From an uncultured virus (IMG/VR IMGVR_UViG_3300027963_000042) (Duplodnaviria > Heunggongvirae > Uroviricota > Caudoviricetes), in IMG/VR virus record IMGVR_UViG_3300027963_000042, positions 117,773-137,772 of that record: a DNA stretch of 20,000 bases. One strand, given 5' to 3'. Positions 1 to 7,984 of the stretch are shown piece by piece. The number at the start of each line of letters is the position of its first letter. Within the stretch, counting starts at the first letter, position 1. The position numbers were made by a program, and so were the translations under genes. The notes below the pieces were generated by a model. That model saw nothing but the letters and a program-made list of their open reading frames with translations, was not told where the DNA came from and searched no databases.

Positions 1-602
1 TCTTCTGCTTCTTTCTTTTTAGCATTAATCTTATCCTGAAACTTCTTGATGTCTACGTCGTCAGCTTTATCTCTAGCCAATTTATATTCAAGTTCAGCTA
101 ATGCAATTTCATCGTCTGCTCTTCCTGCCTCGTAATACTCCCTCCTTCTAGTGTTATTATCAATAACCTTAGAGACGAAATCTTTTGCTTTTTTTATCTT
201 AAGTGAATGCGACTTAATGAAAGTTTCAAACTCTTTTGTTTTAACTTCCCTTTCTCTTTCGACAGAGCTTATTTTTCCCTTGTCGTTTATTGAACTCAAA
301 CCATCTATTTCAGATTCTAGTTTTTCAATATTTTCTTCGAAATTTGCTCTTTTCTCGATAGCATCAATTTCTAAATCTACAAGAAGCTTTCTTGCCTTAT
401 CGATCATTCCTACCCTAGATAAAGAGCCTAAGAAAAACTTAGAAAGTGAATTTTTAAGGTAGTCTCCGAAGATGCCTTCGTTTACTGTGTGATTAGGTTC
501 TGATCTTTCTAGGGAAGCAAACTCCTCACTAAGTTCACGGTCTACAGTTTCTATCAGAGACTCGTATTTTTTAAAATCATTAAAAGATGGTAGATTCTTC
601 AT
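1..602 (-). CDS. Hypothetical coiled-coil protein, probable virion/internal head protein; 3' end runs off the window (about 200 aa visible)
   Basis: Not in the ORF track. Manual translation from ATG at 602 gives MKNLPSFNDFKKYESLIETVDRELSEEF...TVNEGIFGDYLKNSLSKFFLG...KKFQDKINAKKKEAE with no stop to position 1. Preceded by GATATATA (629-636) and an A-rich leader; E/K-rich helical composition. Confidence 0.8.
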   Translation of the reverse strand, partial: MKNLPSFNDFKKYESLIETVDRELSEEFASLERSEPNHTVNEGIFGDYLKNSLSKFFLGSLSRVGMIDKARKLLVDLEIDAIEKRANFEENIEKLESEIDGLSSINDKGKISSVEREREVKTKEFETFIKSHSLKIKKAKDFVSKVIDNNTRRREYYEAGRADDEIALAELEYKLARDKADDVDIKKFQDKINAKKKEAE

Positions 603-628
603 TACAAAACAATACTTTTTTTATATTG

Positions 629-636
629 TATATATC
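629..636 (-). promoter_or_regulatory. Putative late promoter box GATATATA
   Basis: Recurring octamer, here 26 nt upstream of the ATG at 602; resembles the T4 gp55 late box TATAAATA. Confidence 0.6.
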
Positions 637-669
637 CAATTGGAATTTTTATTCTTAACCAGGAAGCAC

Positions 670-700
670 AAAAAAACCCTAGGATAAATCCTAGGGTTTT
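670..700 (-). terminator. Intrinsic terminator downstream of the major capsid gene
   Basis: Inverted repeat AAAACCCTAGGAT-aa-ATCCTAGGGTTTT (673-700) followed on the minus strand by a T-run, 18 nt after the MCP stop. Confidence 0.85.
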
Positions 701-718
701 AATTATGCGTGAGTTAGA

Positions 719-2440
719 TTATGCTAAACCACCAGCAGGTACGTTAACAAAGAATGTTAAGTACATAGTTTCAGGTAACATACCAGCTTCAACTAATGCG
801 TATCTAGATTTAACTGCGATCTTAGGTGACATTGTTCCTTCAGAGATAGTCTGAATAGACTCTGCCATCATGTAAGGCATAAATTTGATACCTGGTTCAT
901 CGTCTCCACCTTTTCTTCCAACTAATACTCTTGTATCACTGTAGCTCATGTTTTGATCAACATATACAGTCATACCAGCAAGCGAACCTACAGGGTATAA
1001 AGTACCATTGTTTTGAGTTAAAGTGTTAGAGAATGGTGCGAAAGTGAATTGAGAGATATCTTGAAGTGCACTTGCAACTGCAGCGTTTGTAACGATGAAG
1101 TTAGCAGGACCTCTTCTACCTCTGTTAGCTACCACGTTACCAGCTGCAAGAATTCTTGAGAATAATCTTCTTTGTAAAGTTGATAAGTTCTCATATCCTC
1201 CTGATGCAGGACCTGCAGGGATTACCATTGTAGATGTAGTGTCGTCTTTCTTAACGTAAGCAGCTGTAGTTCCAGCACCACCACCAATAACTAAGTTAAG
1301 GTTAAGGTTTTGGTTTTCTACGCTTAAGAATTGTACGTGGTTAGACCATCCTAAAGCAAATGATCTTGAAAGGATGTGTTTGTTGATTGCTTGAGAAACC
1401 TCATTAACCAATGCGTTCTCGATCATTGAAATAACATCGATACCGAATTGTTTGTTAAGATCCTGAATTTGCTCAGTTGTAACTGAAGCAGCAACTTGGA
1501 AAGTTTCAGCTTCTACGAACTTAGTGAAAGTCGAAAGACCCATTGAGTTGTAGTAAGTAGATTCTCCAACACCTCTTAACATTGGGTTGTAAGTTTTAGT
1601 ACCATCAACGTAAGGACCTTGGTAAGCATCGGTATTGTTAAATCCTGCTCCAGAGAAACCTTGGATATGATCTTCTAAAGCTTTAACTAATTGTGCAGTT
1701 CCAGCTGAGTTTTGAGTGTAGAATCCTGATCCACCAGCTCCAGTAACTACTTGTACAGGAGTACCGTTGAAGTAAGAAGCAACGTTAGAACCTGATGCTA
1801 AAGCAGTGATTTGGAAGATAGGGAAACCATCAATTCTTGATAGACCTACGAAAGTTAAAAGTAAAGTGCTGCTTACAGAAGCAGTAGCACCTACTGTGAA
1901 AGTTCCGGCAGTAGCACCAGTAGCACCAGGAGTACCTGCAGCAGTTTGGTAAACTGGGAATTTAATCATTGAAGGAGCAGAAGCTAACTGATCAGCAGCT
2001 GAACTAGCAGCAGCAGCAGCTACTTTACCACCTGCGTATACGTAGTCTAAGTAAGACAGAATACCAGTTGGACCTGACATAGGGATAACAGGAACGATAT
2101 CAAAACCTACAGTCTTCGCAGCTACCTGAATAGCTAATGGAAGTAATGAAGGGAATTTATCGCCTGAACCTTGCCAAGTGTTGTTGTAAAAACCAGCGTT
2201 TGCGCCAGTTGTTAAAGCAGCAGCACCACCAAATGATGCTCCTGGGAATGCTGGAGGAGCAACAGTACCCATACCGTTTACTACGCCTAGTGAGTTGTAT
2301 GCACCAGCAGATTCATTTAATGAATGGTAATGACAATATTTAGTCAACCATCCTTTTTTGTTCTCGTCTGTGATACCAGCCTTGCTCTCAATAAGAGGTG
2401 ACCAGGTTTCATAGATTTCTTGTTCGTTTATCAATTTCAT
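719..2440 (-). CDS. gp23: Major capsid protein, T4 gp23-like (573 aa)
   Basis: gp23-like motifs: GFDIVPVIPMSGPTGILSYLDYVY, TTEQIQDL...DV...IENALVNEVSQAINK, RRGPANFIVTN, G(S)LAGMTVYVD, FMPY, SPKIAVKSRYAL. Directly downstream of the prohead protease, followed by a strong terminator, codon usage biased as for a highly expressed gene. Confidence 0.92.
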   Translation of the reverse strand: MKLINEQEIYETWSPLIESKAGITDENKKGWLTKYCHYHSLNESAGAYNSLGVVNGMGTVAPPAFPGASFGGAAALTTGANAGFYNNTWQGSGDKFPSLLPLAIQVAAKTVGFDIVPVIPMSGPTGILSYLDYVYAGGKVAAAAASSAADQLASAPSMIKFPVYQTAAGTPGATGATAGTFTVGATASVSSTLLLTFVGLSRIDGFPIFQITALASGSNVASYFNGTPVQVVTGAGGSGFYTQNSAGTAQLVKALEDHIQGFSGAGFNNTDAYQGPYVDGTKTYNPMLRGVGESTYYNSMGLSTFTKFVEAETFQVAASVTTEQIQDLNKQFGIDVISMIENALVNEVSQAINKHILSRSFALGWSNHVQFLSVENQNLNLNLVIGGGAGTTAAYVKKDDTTSTMVIPAGPASGGYENLSTLQRRLFSRILAAGNVVANRGRRGPANFIVTNAAVASALQDISQFTFAPFSNTLTQNNGTLYPVGSLAGMTVYVDQNMSYSDTRVLVGRKGGDDEPGIKFMPYMMAESIQTISEGTMSPKIAVKSRYALVEAGMLPETMYLTFFVNVPAGGLA

Positions 2441-2463
2441 GATTTTAGTTGTTTTTTTTGTTT

Positions 2464-3726
2464 TTATCTTTTTGGAAATTTTTGCTCAAGTGCAGAAGCA
2501 ATATAATTCATATAATCTGAAGAATATCCTTGTGGTTTTGCAGTCTCGGCTACATTTTCACTCTCGTCAAGTTTTTGTACTCCAACTGTTTTAGCTCCAA
2601 GCTGACGTGTTGACCAGAAATTTTTGATCTGATAAGGTGTATCTAAATTATAGAAGTTTGACTGAGCAACAATTGATTGCTGATGTCCTTCAGATAAAGA
2701 TTCCCATACCGGAGCATATTCTGCTGGCATTTGGTCAATAAACTTAAGACCTGTTTTAGAGGTGTCTTCTGACTCGTTAAGAGTTGTTTCGTTAGCCTTT
2801 TGTGTTTCGGCTGATGTTCTTACTGCTTTAGCAGCTTCGTTGATATTTGAAGCGGTTTTTTGTGTCTTAACCGATTCTATTAATGAATCAATCTGTGAAG
2901 TTAGGTTCTCGTAGTTTCCAGCAAAGCCAGATTCGTTAAGACCTGCTTCTGCAGATAGATTTACATTTTCTATTAATGATTGCGTAGATCCTACAGGCAA
3001 TTTGTTAGCAACTGATTCTGCAATATACTCACTGTAAGCAATACCTTTGTTTAATTTCTCCGCAATGTATTCTGAATAATCTAATCCTTTATTAACATTC
3101 TCTGCTAAATAATCAGAGTACTCAATGTTTTTGTTTAGATTCTCTGCAATGTATTCAGTGTATTCGATTCCGTTGTTTAATTTTTCTGCAACGTACTCAG
3201 TGTAAGCAATACCTTTATCTAAGCTTTCGCCAAGATATTCTGAATAAGCAATACCTTTATCTACGTTTTCTGCTAGATACTCAGAATATTGAACGCTTTG
3301 ATCTAATTTTTCTGCTAGGTATTTAGAATACTCGATGTTCTTATCTACGCTCTCAGCTACATACTCTGAATAAGAAATAGATTTGTCAACATTCTCAGCT
3401 AGATATTTAGCATAAGAAATATTTTTGTCTAGATTTTCAGCTAAATATTTACTGTAGCTAATATTGCTATCTAAGTTTTCTGCAAGATATTCGCCATACT
3501 TAATAGAATCTTCTAAATTCTCAGCTAAATATTCTGCATATTTTTCAAGCTTAGCAACTCTTTCCTCAAGAGCATCATTAGCTTTACTTAAATCTTCGGA
3601 TTCGCTTAGCGATGTTTTTTGGGTTTTAGCCTCTGCGATAGCTGCTTTCATCGAATCCATTTCTTTTTTCAAGAATACTGAATACTGATTAAGCTCCTCC
3701 GCAGTAACAAATTCATTGTTCTCCAT
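2464..3726 (-). CDS. Putative nested in-frame scaffold protein (420 aa, starting at Met235 of the fusion)
   Basis: In-frame ATG at 3726 (MENNEFVTAEELNQY) preceded by A-rich leader ACAATAAAAATAAATCAGTCCTT and an internal GATATATA box at 3795-3802. Confidence 0.55.
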   Translation of the reverse strand: MENNEFVTAEELNQYSVFLKKEMDSMKAAIAEAKTQKTSLSESEDLSKANDALEERVAKLEKYAEYLAENLEDSIKYGEYLAENLDSNISYSKYLAENLDKNISYAKYLAENVDKSISYSEYVAESVDKNIEYSKYLAEKLDQSVQYSEYLAENVDKGIAYSEYLGESLDKGIAYTEYVAEKLNNGIEYTEYIAENLNKNIEYSDYLAENVNKGLDYSEYIAEKLNKGIAYSEYIAESVANKLPVGSTQSLIENVNLSAEAGLNESGFAGNYENLTSQIDSLIESVKTQKTASNINEAAKAVRTSAETQKANETTLNESEDTSKTGLKFIDQMPAEYAPVWESLSEGHQQSIVAQSNFYNLDTPYQIKNFWSTRQLGAKTVGVQKLDESENVAETAKPQGYSSDYMNYIASALEQKFPKR

Positions 3727-4428
3727 AAGGACTGATTTATTTTTATTGTCTGATTTATTCACGATTTTGTTGAATTCTTCGTTATTTTCAACTTTATATA
3801 TCTTCAGTGAAGATTCTTTTTCGATACCTAAAGATTCATTTAAGCATTCTAATGAATTTAATATGCTATTATTTTTCATTGCTTGAAAATATTGAGATGT
3901 AAACCCTTCACTCTCATATACTCTTTCAAGCTGAGCATCCTTAAATCCAGGATCTGCTACTAGATCATAGGTAAAAATTTTCTTAATCGCCACCTTCTTA
4001 TCGTTGCCAACGGATCCAGCTGCTCTTGAAGAAATAGAAAGAGGAACACCAGCATCTACTAGATTCTTAGCTATTCTACCCGCTGGGGTATCAAGAAGCT
4101 TAACCTTAATTTTAAGATCCCTATTGCTTTTGTCGTAGTTAAGATCTGTCACCATATGTGAGATATTCTTAAGTGATACGTCAAATTTCTCCGGATGATC
4201 TAATTCTCCAACTAGTCTATTCTGAGATATCTTATCTTTTAAATAATCTAGGTGAGGTAGATATTCGCTCTCTTCGTAAATTCTATTGTTGTTGTTCTCT
4301 TTACCGAAAACAGCAGCAATACCTTCCAGAACGTAATCATCTTTATCAGACTTTTTAGCTTCTAGAACGGAATTCTGTCTTTCGAGGATGAATACCATGT
4401 TTTCGTTTATTGATTGCAGTTGTGGCAT
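2464..4428 (-). CDS. gp21: Prohead protease (T4 gp21-like) fused to a coiled-coil scaffold/core region (gp22-like), 654 aa
   Basis: N-terminal ~170 aa carry gp21 motifs LEGIAAV..ENNNNRIY, GELDHP (catalytic His), LLDTPAG, ISSRAAGS (catalytic Ser), YDLVADPGF. The remainder is acidic coiled coil with a 14-aa repeat. Confidence 0.9.
   Translation of the reverse strand: MPQLQSINENMVFILERQNSVLEAKKSDKDDYVLEGIAAVFGKENNNNRIYEESEYLPHLDYLKDKISQNRLVGELDHPEKFDVSLKNISHMVTDLNYDKSNRDLKIKVKLLDTPAGRIAKNLVDAGVPLSISSRAAGSVGNDKKVAIKKIFTYDLVADPGFKDAQLERVYESEGFTSQYFQAMKNNSILNSLECLNESLGIEKESSLKIYKVENNEEFNKIVNKSDNKNKSVLMENNEFVTAEELNQYSVFLKKEMDSMKAAIAEAKTQKTSLSESEDLSKANDALEERVAKLEKYAEYLAENLEDSIKYGEYLAENLDSNISYSKYLAENLDKNISYAKYLAENVDKSISYSEYVAESVDKNIEYSKYLAEKLDQSVQYSEYLAENVDKGIAYSEYLGESLDKGIAYTEYVAEKLNNGIEYTEYIAENLNKNIEYSDYLAENVNKGLDYSEYIAEKLNKGIAYSEYIAESVANKLPVGSTQSLIENVNLSAEAGLNESGFAGNYENLTSQIDSLIESVKTQKTASNINEAAKAVRTSAETQKANETTLNESEDTSKTGLKFIDQMPAEYAPVWESLSEGHQQSIVAQSNFYNLDTPYQIKNFWSTRQLGAKTVGVQKLDESENVAETAKPQGYSSDYMNYIASALEQKFPKR
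3010..3540 (-). repeat. Degenerate 42-bp / 14-aa coding tandem repeat, 12 full units plus 1 partial
   Basis: Consensus Y(S/T/A)EY(L/I/V)AE(N/K/S)(L/V)(D/N)K(G/N/S)I(A/E/S), from YAEYLAENLEDSIK at 3540 to YSEYIAESV ending at 3010. Confidence 0.92.
3795..3802 (-). promoter_or_regulatory. Putative internal late promoter box GATATATA
   Basis: Exact match encoded in the K-I-Y-K codons of the protease-scaffold linker, 68 nt upstream of the in-frame ATG at 3726. Confidence 0.5.
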
Positions 4429-4455
4429 GTTTTTATACTACTTTTTTATGTTTAT

Positions 4456-4463
4456 TATATATC
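4456..4463 (-). promoter_or_regulatory. Putative late promoter box GATATATA
   Basis: Intergenic, 27 nt upstream of the prohead protease ATG (4428). Confidence 0.65.
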
Positions 4464-4486
4464 GACAGAAAAAATTATTTTTTTGC

Positions 4487-7105
4487 TTATTCATATTTTA
4501 TTCTATCCTTTGTCTGCTCAACAAATCTTTTAGCAAGTTCAAAGGCTTCACCATCTGTCACCCTATATTTTCTTGTTTTATCTCCAAAAGCAGCATATCT
4601 GTTTTTAAACTTAACCTCTGTAGTATCCCCCTTATCGTCAAAAAATTCTTTTGCAAAAGTTATTGTTTTCCAATTTTCTATCTTAAGTGCCTCCTTATCC
4701 CTTGTGGTTAATATGGTATCAAAGAGATTGACACCTCCAGGCAATTGTGTGTCTTTTATAACTGTAGAATTTTTTCTATCCTTAATATCAACGTCTTTGG
4801 CATTAGTTTTTATATAATAATCATCCGCCTTGATATCTACCTCTTTTTCCTTATCCTTATCCTTATCATTATTAGAGTCATCAGCATCTTGAACCTCATC
4901 TTTGACAACTGGTTTAATCTCTTCTTTCTTTTCTACGTAATTATAAAGTCCTCTTTTAGTTTCTTCCAGCATCTCATCGGTATTAGGCTCAATCTCAATT
5001 GAATCACCATTTCTAGCCTCCCAGTCGATAGGATCTAATAAGAAGTTGGTAAAATCACCCGTCTCATATTTTCCTCTAAGCTTAGGATCTGCATAATCCC
5101 TCTCTACAACAATATAGATTGCTATTTCTGCAGGTCCGCTTTTTTGTTCAGAAGTTAGATCTATCATTTGTGATCCTTTAGAATCCATATCATCCGTTCC
5201 TTCTACCGAATTTCCGCTTACTGTTTTAGTCTGAACGTTTTCGTCTTCTAATACAGGATACCCTTGTTTCTTAAAGTCCGAGAATTTAGTTATTACCTGA
5301 GACGATGTATTTAAGTTATCATTAACCTCTACCTCTACCTTCTCTTCATCCTCAACAGGTTTTTGTTCAGCAGTTTCTATTTTATTTTCAGTCTCTCTTG
5401 ATAAGGTAACTCCAAAAATCCTATCAAGATCAGCAGAAGAATATTTAGATAATTCCTCAGTGGTTACTTTTTTACCAACAACATTTATTATATTATCCTC
5501 AGAGTCACTGAAATGAAACTCATACGATTCTGGTGCATCCGGATCAGATATCAATAATGTTCCAGACGAATTATCAAACTCGGACTCAAATAATTCCCAA
5601 TCACATGAACCTTGGTAATTAAACAGAGCATTAAGATCATTCTCGATAGATAACATTTTAAAATCAAGATCTTCATTATCGAAATAGCCTCTTTCTACCA
5701 CATCACTATTATCAAATGAGATTAAAGTTAGATCATACTTTGATATTTGCTTCTGTACTTCTTTCGAGTTGATCTGGCTTAATATGAATACTGATTCGGA
5801 TCCTGTATCTGCAACCTTTACTATCTCCATCGTTGTTCTAGTCTCATTGCTGAATAAGAATGAAACAGCCATTCCCCATCCTCCAGCAGGTTGTGACCAA
5901 CATACGGTGATGGGCACACCAATCTTTATTGATTTTGGATCGAATGATTCTTTAGCAAAATCATCGACGTTTCCTAATCTAGGAGCTTGATTTCCACTAT
6001 ACCAATTCCAAGTTGATCCGACAGCATTAATAGCTAAAAGTGCCCAACCTATCGGATTTGTCAATTCAGCTGCTTTAACAAGACTTCCTGCGGCTTTAGC
6101 TCCAGTAACAAATCCTTTGACCATACCTAAAGATTTTGCTGCTATACCTGCATTCTGCATTCTGCCCAATGATCTCTGGAGTTTAGCTCCTTCTACCCCG
6201 GCCTTTCCTATCTTACTCCAGAATGAAACTGCTTTCATTGGATTTACTGCGCTCCAAATTCCCTTTATACCTTTACTGGCTTTAGTAAGCAGGCTAGCTG
6301 ATTTTACTGCAGTCTTTCCTGTTCTTAGAAACTTTATTGCTTTCCAACCTCTTCTTAGAACAATTGCACCACCTAAATATTTAAGGCTAGCAAATATTGC
6401 GGTTCCTGCTACAGCATAAGTAGCTACTTTAATACCAGTATTAAGTGCGTCCTTTGCTAAACCAGGTCCAGTAGAATCTTCATCTACTTTTCCAGTTAGT
6501 TTTCTGTCACTGATGTCAAACAACATAAACTTAGAGTTTTTGTTATTTGTCTCTAGAGGCATCATCTTATAGGCATCTAATGTCTCAATTAGATTAGCCC
6601 CAGACTCCTGATCTTCCAGACAAAGAAAAACAGCTTTTGAATTTCCTGGTGTCTGGCTCTTAACAATAAATTCACTATCCAATTTTCCGTCCGCCTCTAA
6701 TTTATTATAGGCAAAGTGGAATTTTACAACCTTTTCCTCTTCTGACTTAGTATTGGCAGCATCTTCAAATACTGAATTGGAAATGAAATCACCAAATTTA
6801 GATACCCTTCCTTCTGGCTGAAATTCATTAGATTCCCTTAATGCTTTTTGCATAGAGTAACCGCTGCCTCCTAAAGATTCCCTAATTATCTCAGAAATAT
6901 CCCCGTAGTTTGGTATTTCTTCGGAATCAGCAACCCATTCGCTAGGGTTTTTATCCAACCAATTTTTAAAGTCTGATGAGTATGCCCACCACTGAAAGTC
7001 TTCGAGTGATTGACTTGTTGCTCCCTCCATTTTAATAGGTATAGTAAACATGGGGAAATCGTTTCCTCTAGCATATTTACCGTCTGTTGCTAATAATATT
7101 ATCAT
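4487..7105 (-). CDS. Hypothetical 872 aa protein, probable virion protein with a central hydrophobic/amphipathic G/A/K-rich region
   Basis: Long uninterrupted ORF; late box at 7170-7177; hydrophobic segments VATYAVAGTAIFASLKYLGGAIVL, NPIGWALLAINAVGSTW, GGWGMAVSFLFS; acidic flanks. No family recognised. Confidence 0.75.
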   Translation of the reverse strand: MIILLATDGKYARGNDFPMFTIPIKMEGATSQSLEDFQWWAYSSDFKNWLDKNPSEWVADSEEIPNYGDISEIIRESLGGSGYSMQKALRESNEFQPEGRVSKFGDFISNSVFEDAANTKSEEEKVVKFHFAYNKLEADGKLDSEFIVKSQTPGNSKAVFLCLEDQESGANLIETLDAYKMMPLETNNKNSKFMLFDISDRKLTGKVDEDSTGPGLAKDALNTGIKVATYAVAGTAIFASLKYLGGAIVLRRGWKAIKFLRTGKTAVKSASLLTKASKGIKGIWSAVNPMKAVSFWSKIGKAGVEGAKLQRSLGRMQNAGIAAKSLGMVKGFVTGAKAAGSLVKAAELTNPIGWALLAINAVGSTWNWYSGNQAPRLGNVDDFAKESFDPKSIKIGVPITVCWSQPAGGWGMAVSFLFSNETRTTMEIVKVADTGSESVFILSQINSKEVQKQISKYDLTLISFDNSDVVERGYFDNEDLDFKMLSIENDLNALFNYQGSCDWELFESEFDNSSGTLLISDPDAPESYEFHFSDSEDNIINVVGKKVTTEELSKYSSADLDRIFGVTLSRETENKIETAEQKPVEDEEKVEVEVNDNLNTSSQVITKFSDFKKQGYPVLEDENVQTKTVSGNSVEGTDDMDSKGSQMIDLTSEQKSGPAEIAIYIVVERDYADPKLRGKYETGDFTNFLLDPIDWEARNGDSIEIEPNTDEMLEETKRGLYNYVEKKEEIKPVVKDEVQDADDSNNDKDKDKEKEVDIKADDYYIKTNAKDVDIKDRKNSTVIKDTQLPGGVNLFDTILTTRDKEALKIENWKTITFAKEFFDDKGDTTEVKFKNRYAAFGDKTRKYRVTDGEAFELAKRFVEQTKDRIKYE

Positions 7106-7112
7106 TGTATTT

Positions 7113-7922
7113 TTATTTTTCTGTGTATATTTTATCGTAAGACTCGGAATTTACATCTATTAACTTTTCTATATATCCCTCGTTTCTAAGCTTCTTAAAT
7201 GTTAAATTCCCTATAGAGAACTCACCATCTTTACTTAATCCCTCTTTTCTCATCTTCATAATTTTCTCTTTCAGCTTAGTACTTCTCTTATAAAGCTCTT
7301 TTGCATTGTGTGGTAGAACTGAAGAAGCTACTAGTCTAGTGTGAAGCTGCTCAATCTCGTATGCCATAGCCTCGAATTTTTTATTCACATCCTTCTCGTC
7401 TATCTCTGGCGGATCAAATACTGGGTTCTTTATCCATTCATTATTCATTAGAGAAAATAATCCAGATGCTGTGTGGGGTTCTTTTGCATCCTGTACATAT
7501 AGCTCAACATCATATCCTCTAATTGATATATTATGTCTTAGATTCCAAATGAATCTTATTCCATCTAAAGCTGATTTAAGTATTTGCGGATTGTCGTCAT
7601 CGACACCTTCGAGGTTAACTATTACATGAACGTCAAGATCCGATAACCCCGTGTAATTGAAATTGGCTAGTGATCCGGTTAATTGAATATCAACTATATC
7701 CTTTTCCTTAAGTATATCATCAAATTTTTCAAAGAATTCACCTGCTATCCTAAGAAGTTTTTTTCTAACCCTCTGGTCTAATGTCCATTCAATATCATCT
7801 CCCTTGGTTTTCTTAGTCCAAAAAATAGGGTTTAGCTCATCGTGATAGAATGGATTTACCTGTCTCTCTAGTATAGGAGAAGATAAGTTAATGTAATTTT
7901 TATAAGATAATACTGAACCCAC
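7113..7922 (-). CDS. Nucleotidyltransferase, DNA polymerase beta superfamily (269 aa, GTG start)
   Basis: hG[GS]-x-DhD signature DIQLTGSLANFNYTGLSDLDVHV, a third acidic strand GYDVELYVQD, and a C-terminal helical region. Confidence 0.75.
   Translation of the reverse strand: MGSVLSYKNYINLSSPILERQVNPFYHDELNPIFWTKKTKGDDIEWTLDQRVRKKLLRIAGEFFEKFDDILKEKDIVDIQLTGSLANFNYTGLSDLDVHVIVNLEGVDDDNPQILKSALDGIRFIWNLRHNISIRGYDVELYVQDAKEPHTASGLFSLMNNEWIKNPVFDPPEIDEKDVNKKFEAMAYEIEQLHTRLVASSVLPHNAKELYKRSTKLKEKIMKMRKEGLSKDGEFSIGNLTFKKLRNEGYIEKLIDVNSESYDKIYTEK
7170..7177 (-). promoter_or_regulatory. Putative late promoter box GATATATA for the 872 aa gene
   Basis: Embedded in the 3' end of the nucleotidyltransferase gene, 64 nt upstream of the ATG at 7105. 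Confidence 0.5.
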
Positions 7923-7961
7923 AAAAAAAAGCTTTTCTTGTATATATCAAAGAAAAGCTTT
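7923..7961 (-). terminator. Terminator-like hairpin whose loop contains a GATATATA box (7941-7948)
   Basis: Minus strand reads AAAGCTTTTCTT-TGATATATAC-AAGAAAAGCTTT-TTTTT: perfect 12-bp arms (7928-7939 and 7950-7961) followed by a T-run and directly by the GTG at 7922. Confidence 0.6.
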
Positions 7962-7984
7962 AGATGTTATTATAAACTGAATAT

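Noticed and set aside
3010..3540. 42-bp periodicity as a possible CRISPR array
   Set aside because: The units are contiguous, degenerate at codon third positions and in frame within a CDS; there is no repeat-spacer structure.
7113..7922. Nucleotidyltransferase as a CBASS CD-NTase or MNT-HEPN toxin-antitoxin component
   Set aside because: There is no adjacent effector, Cap2/Cap3 or HEPN gene; only the generic Pol-beta signature is visible.
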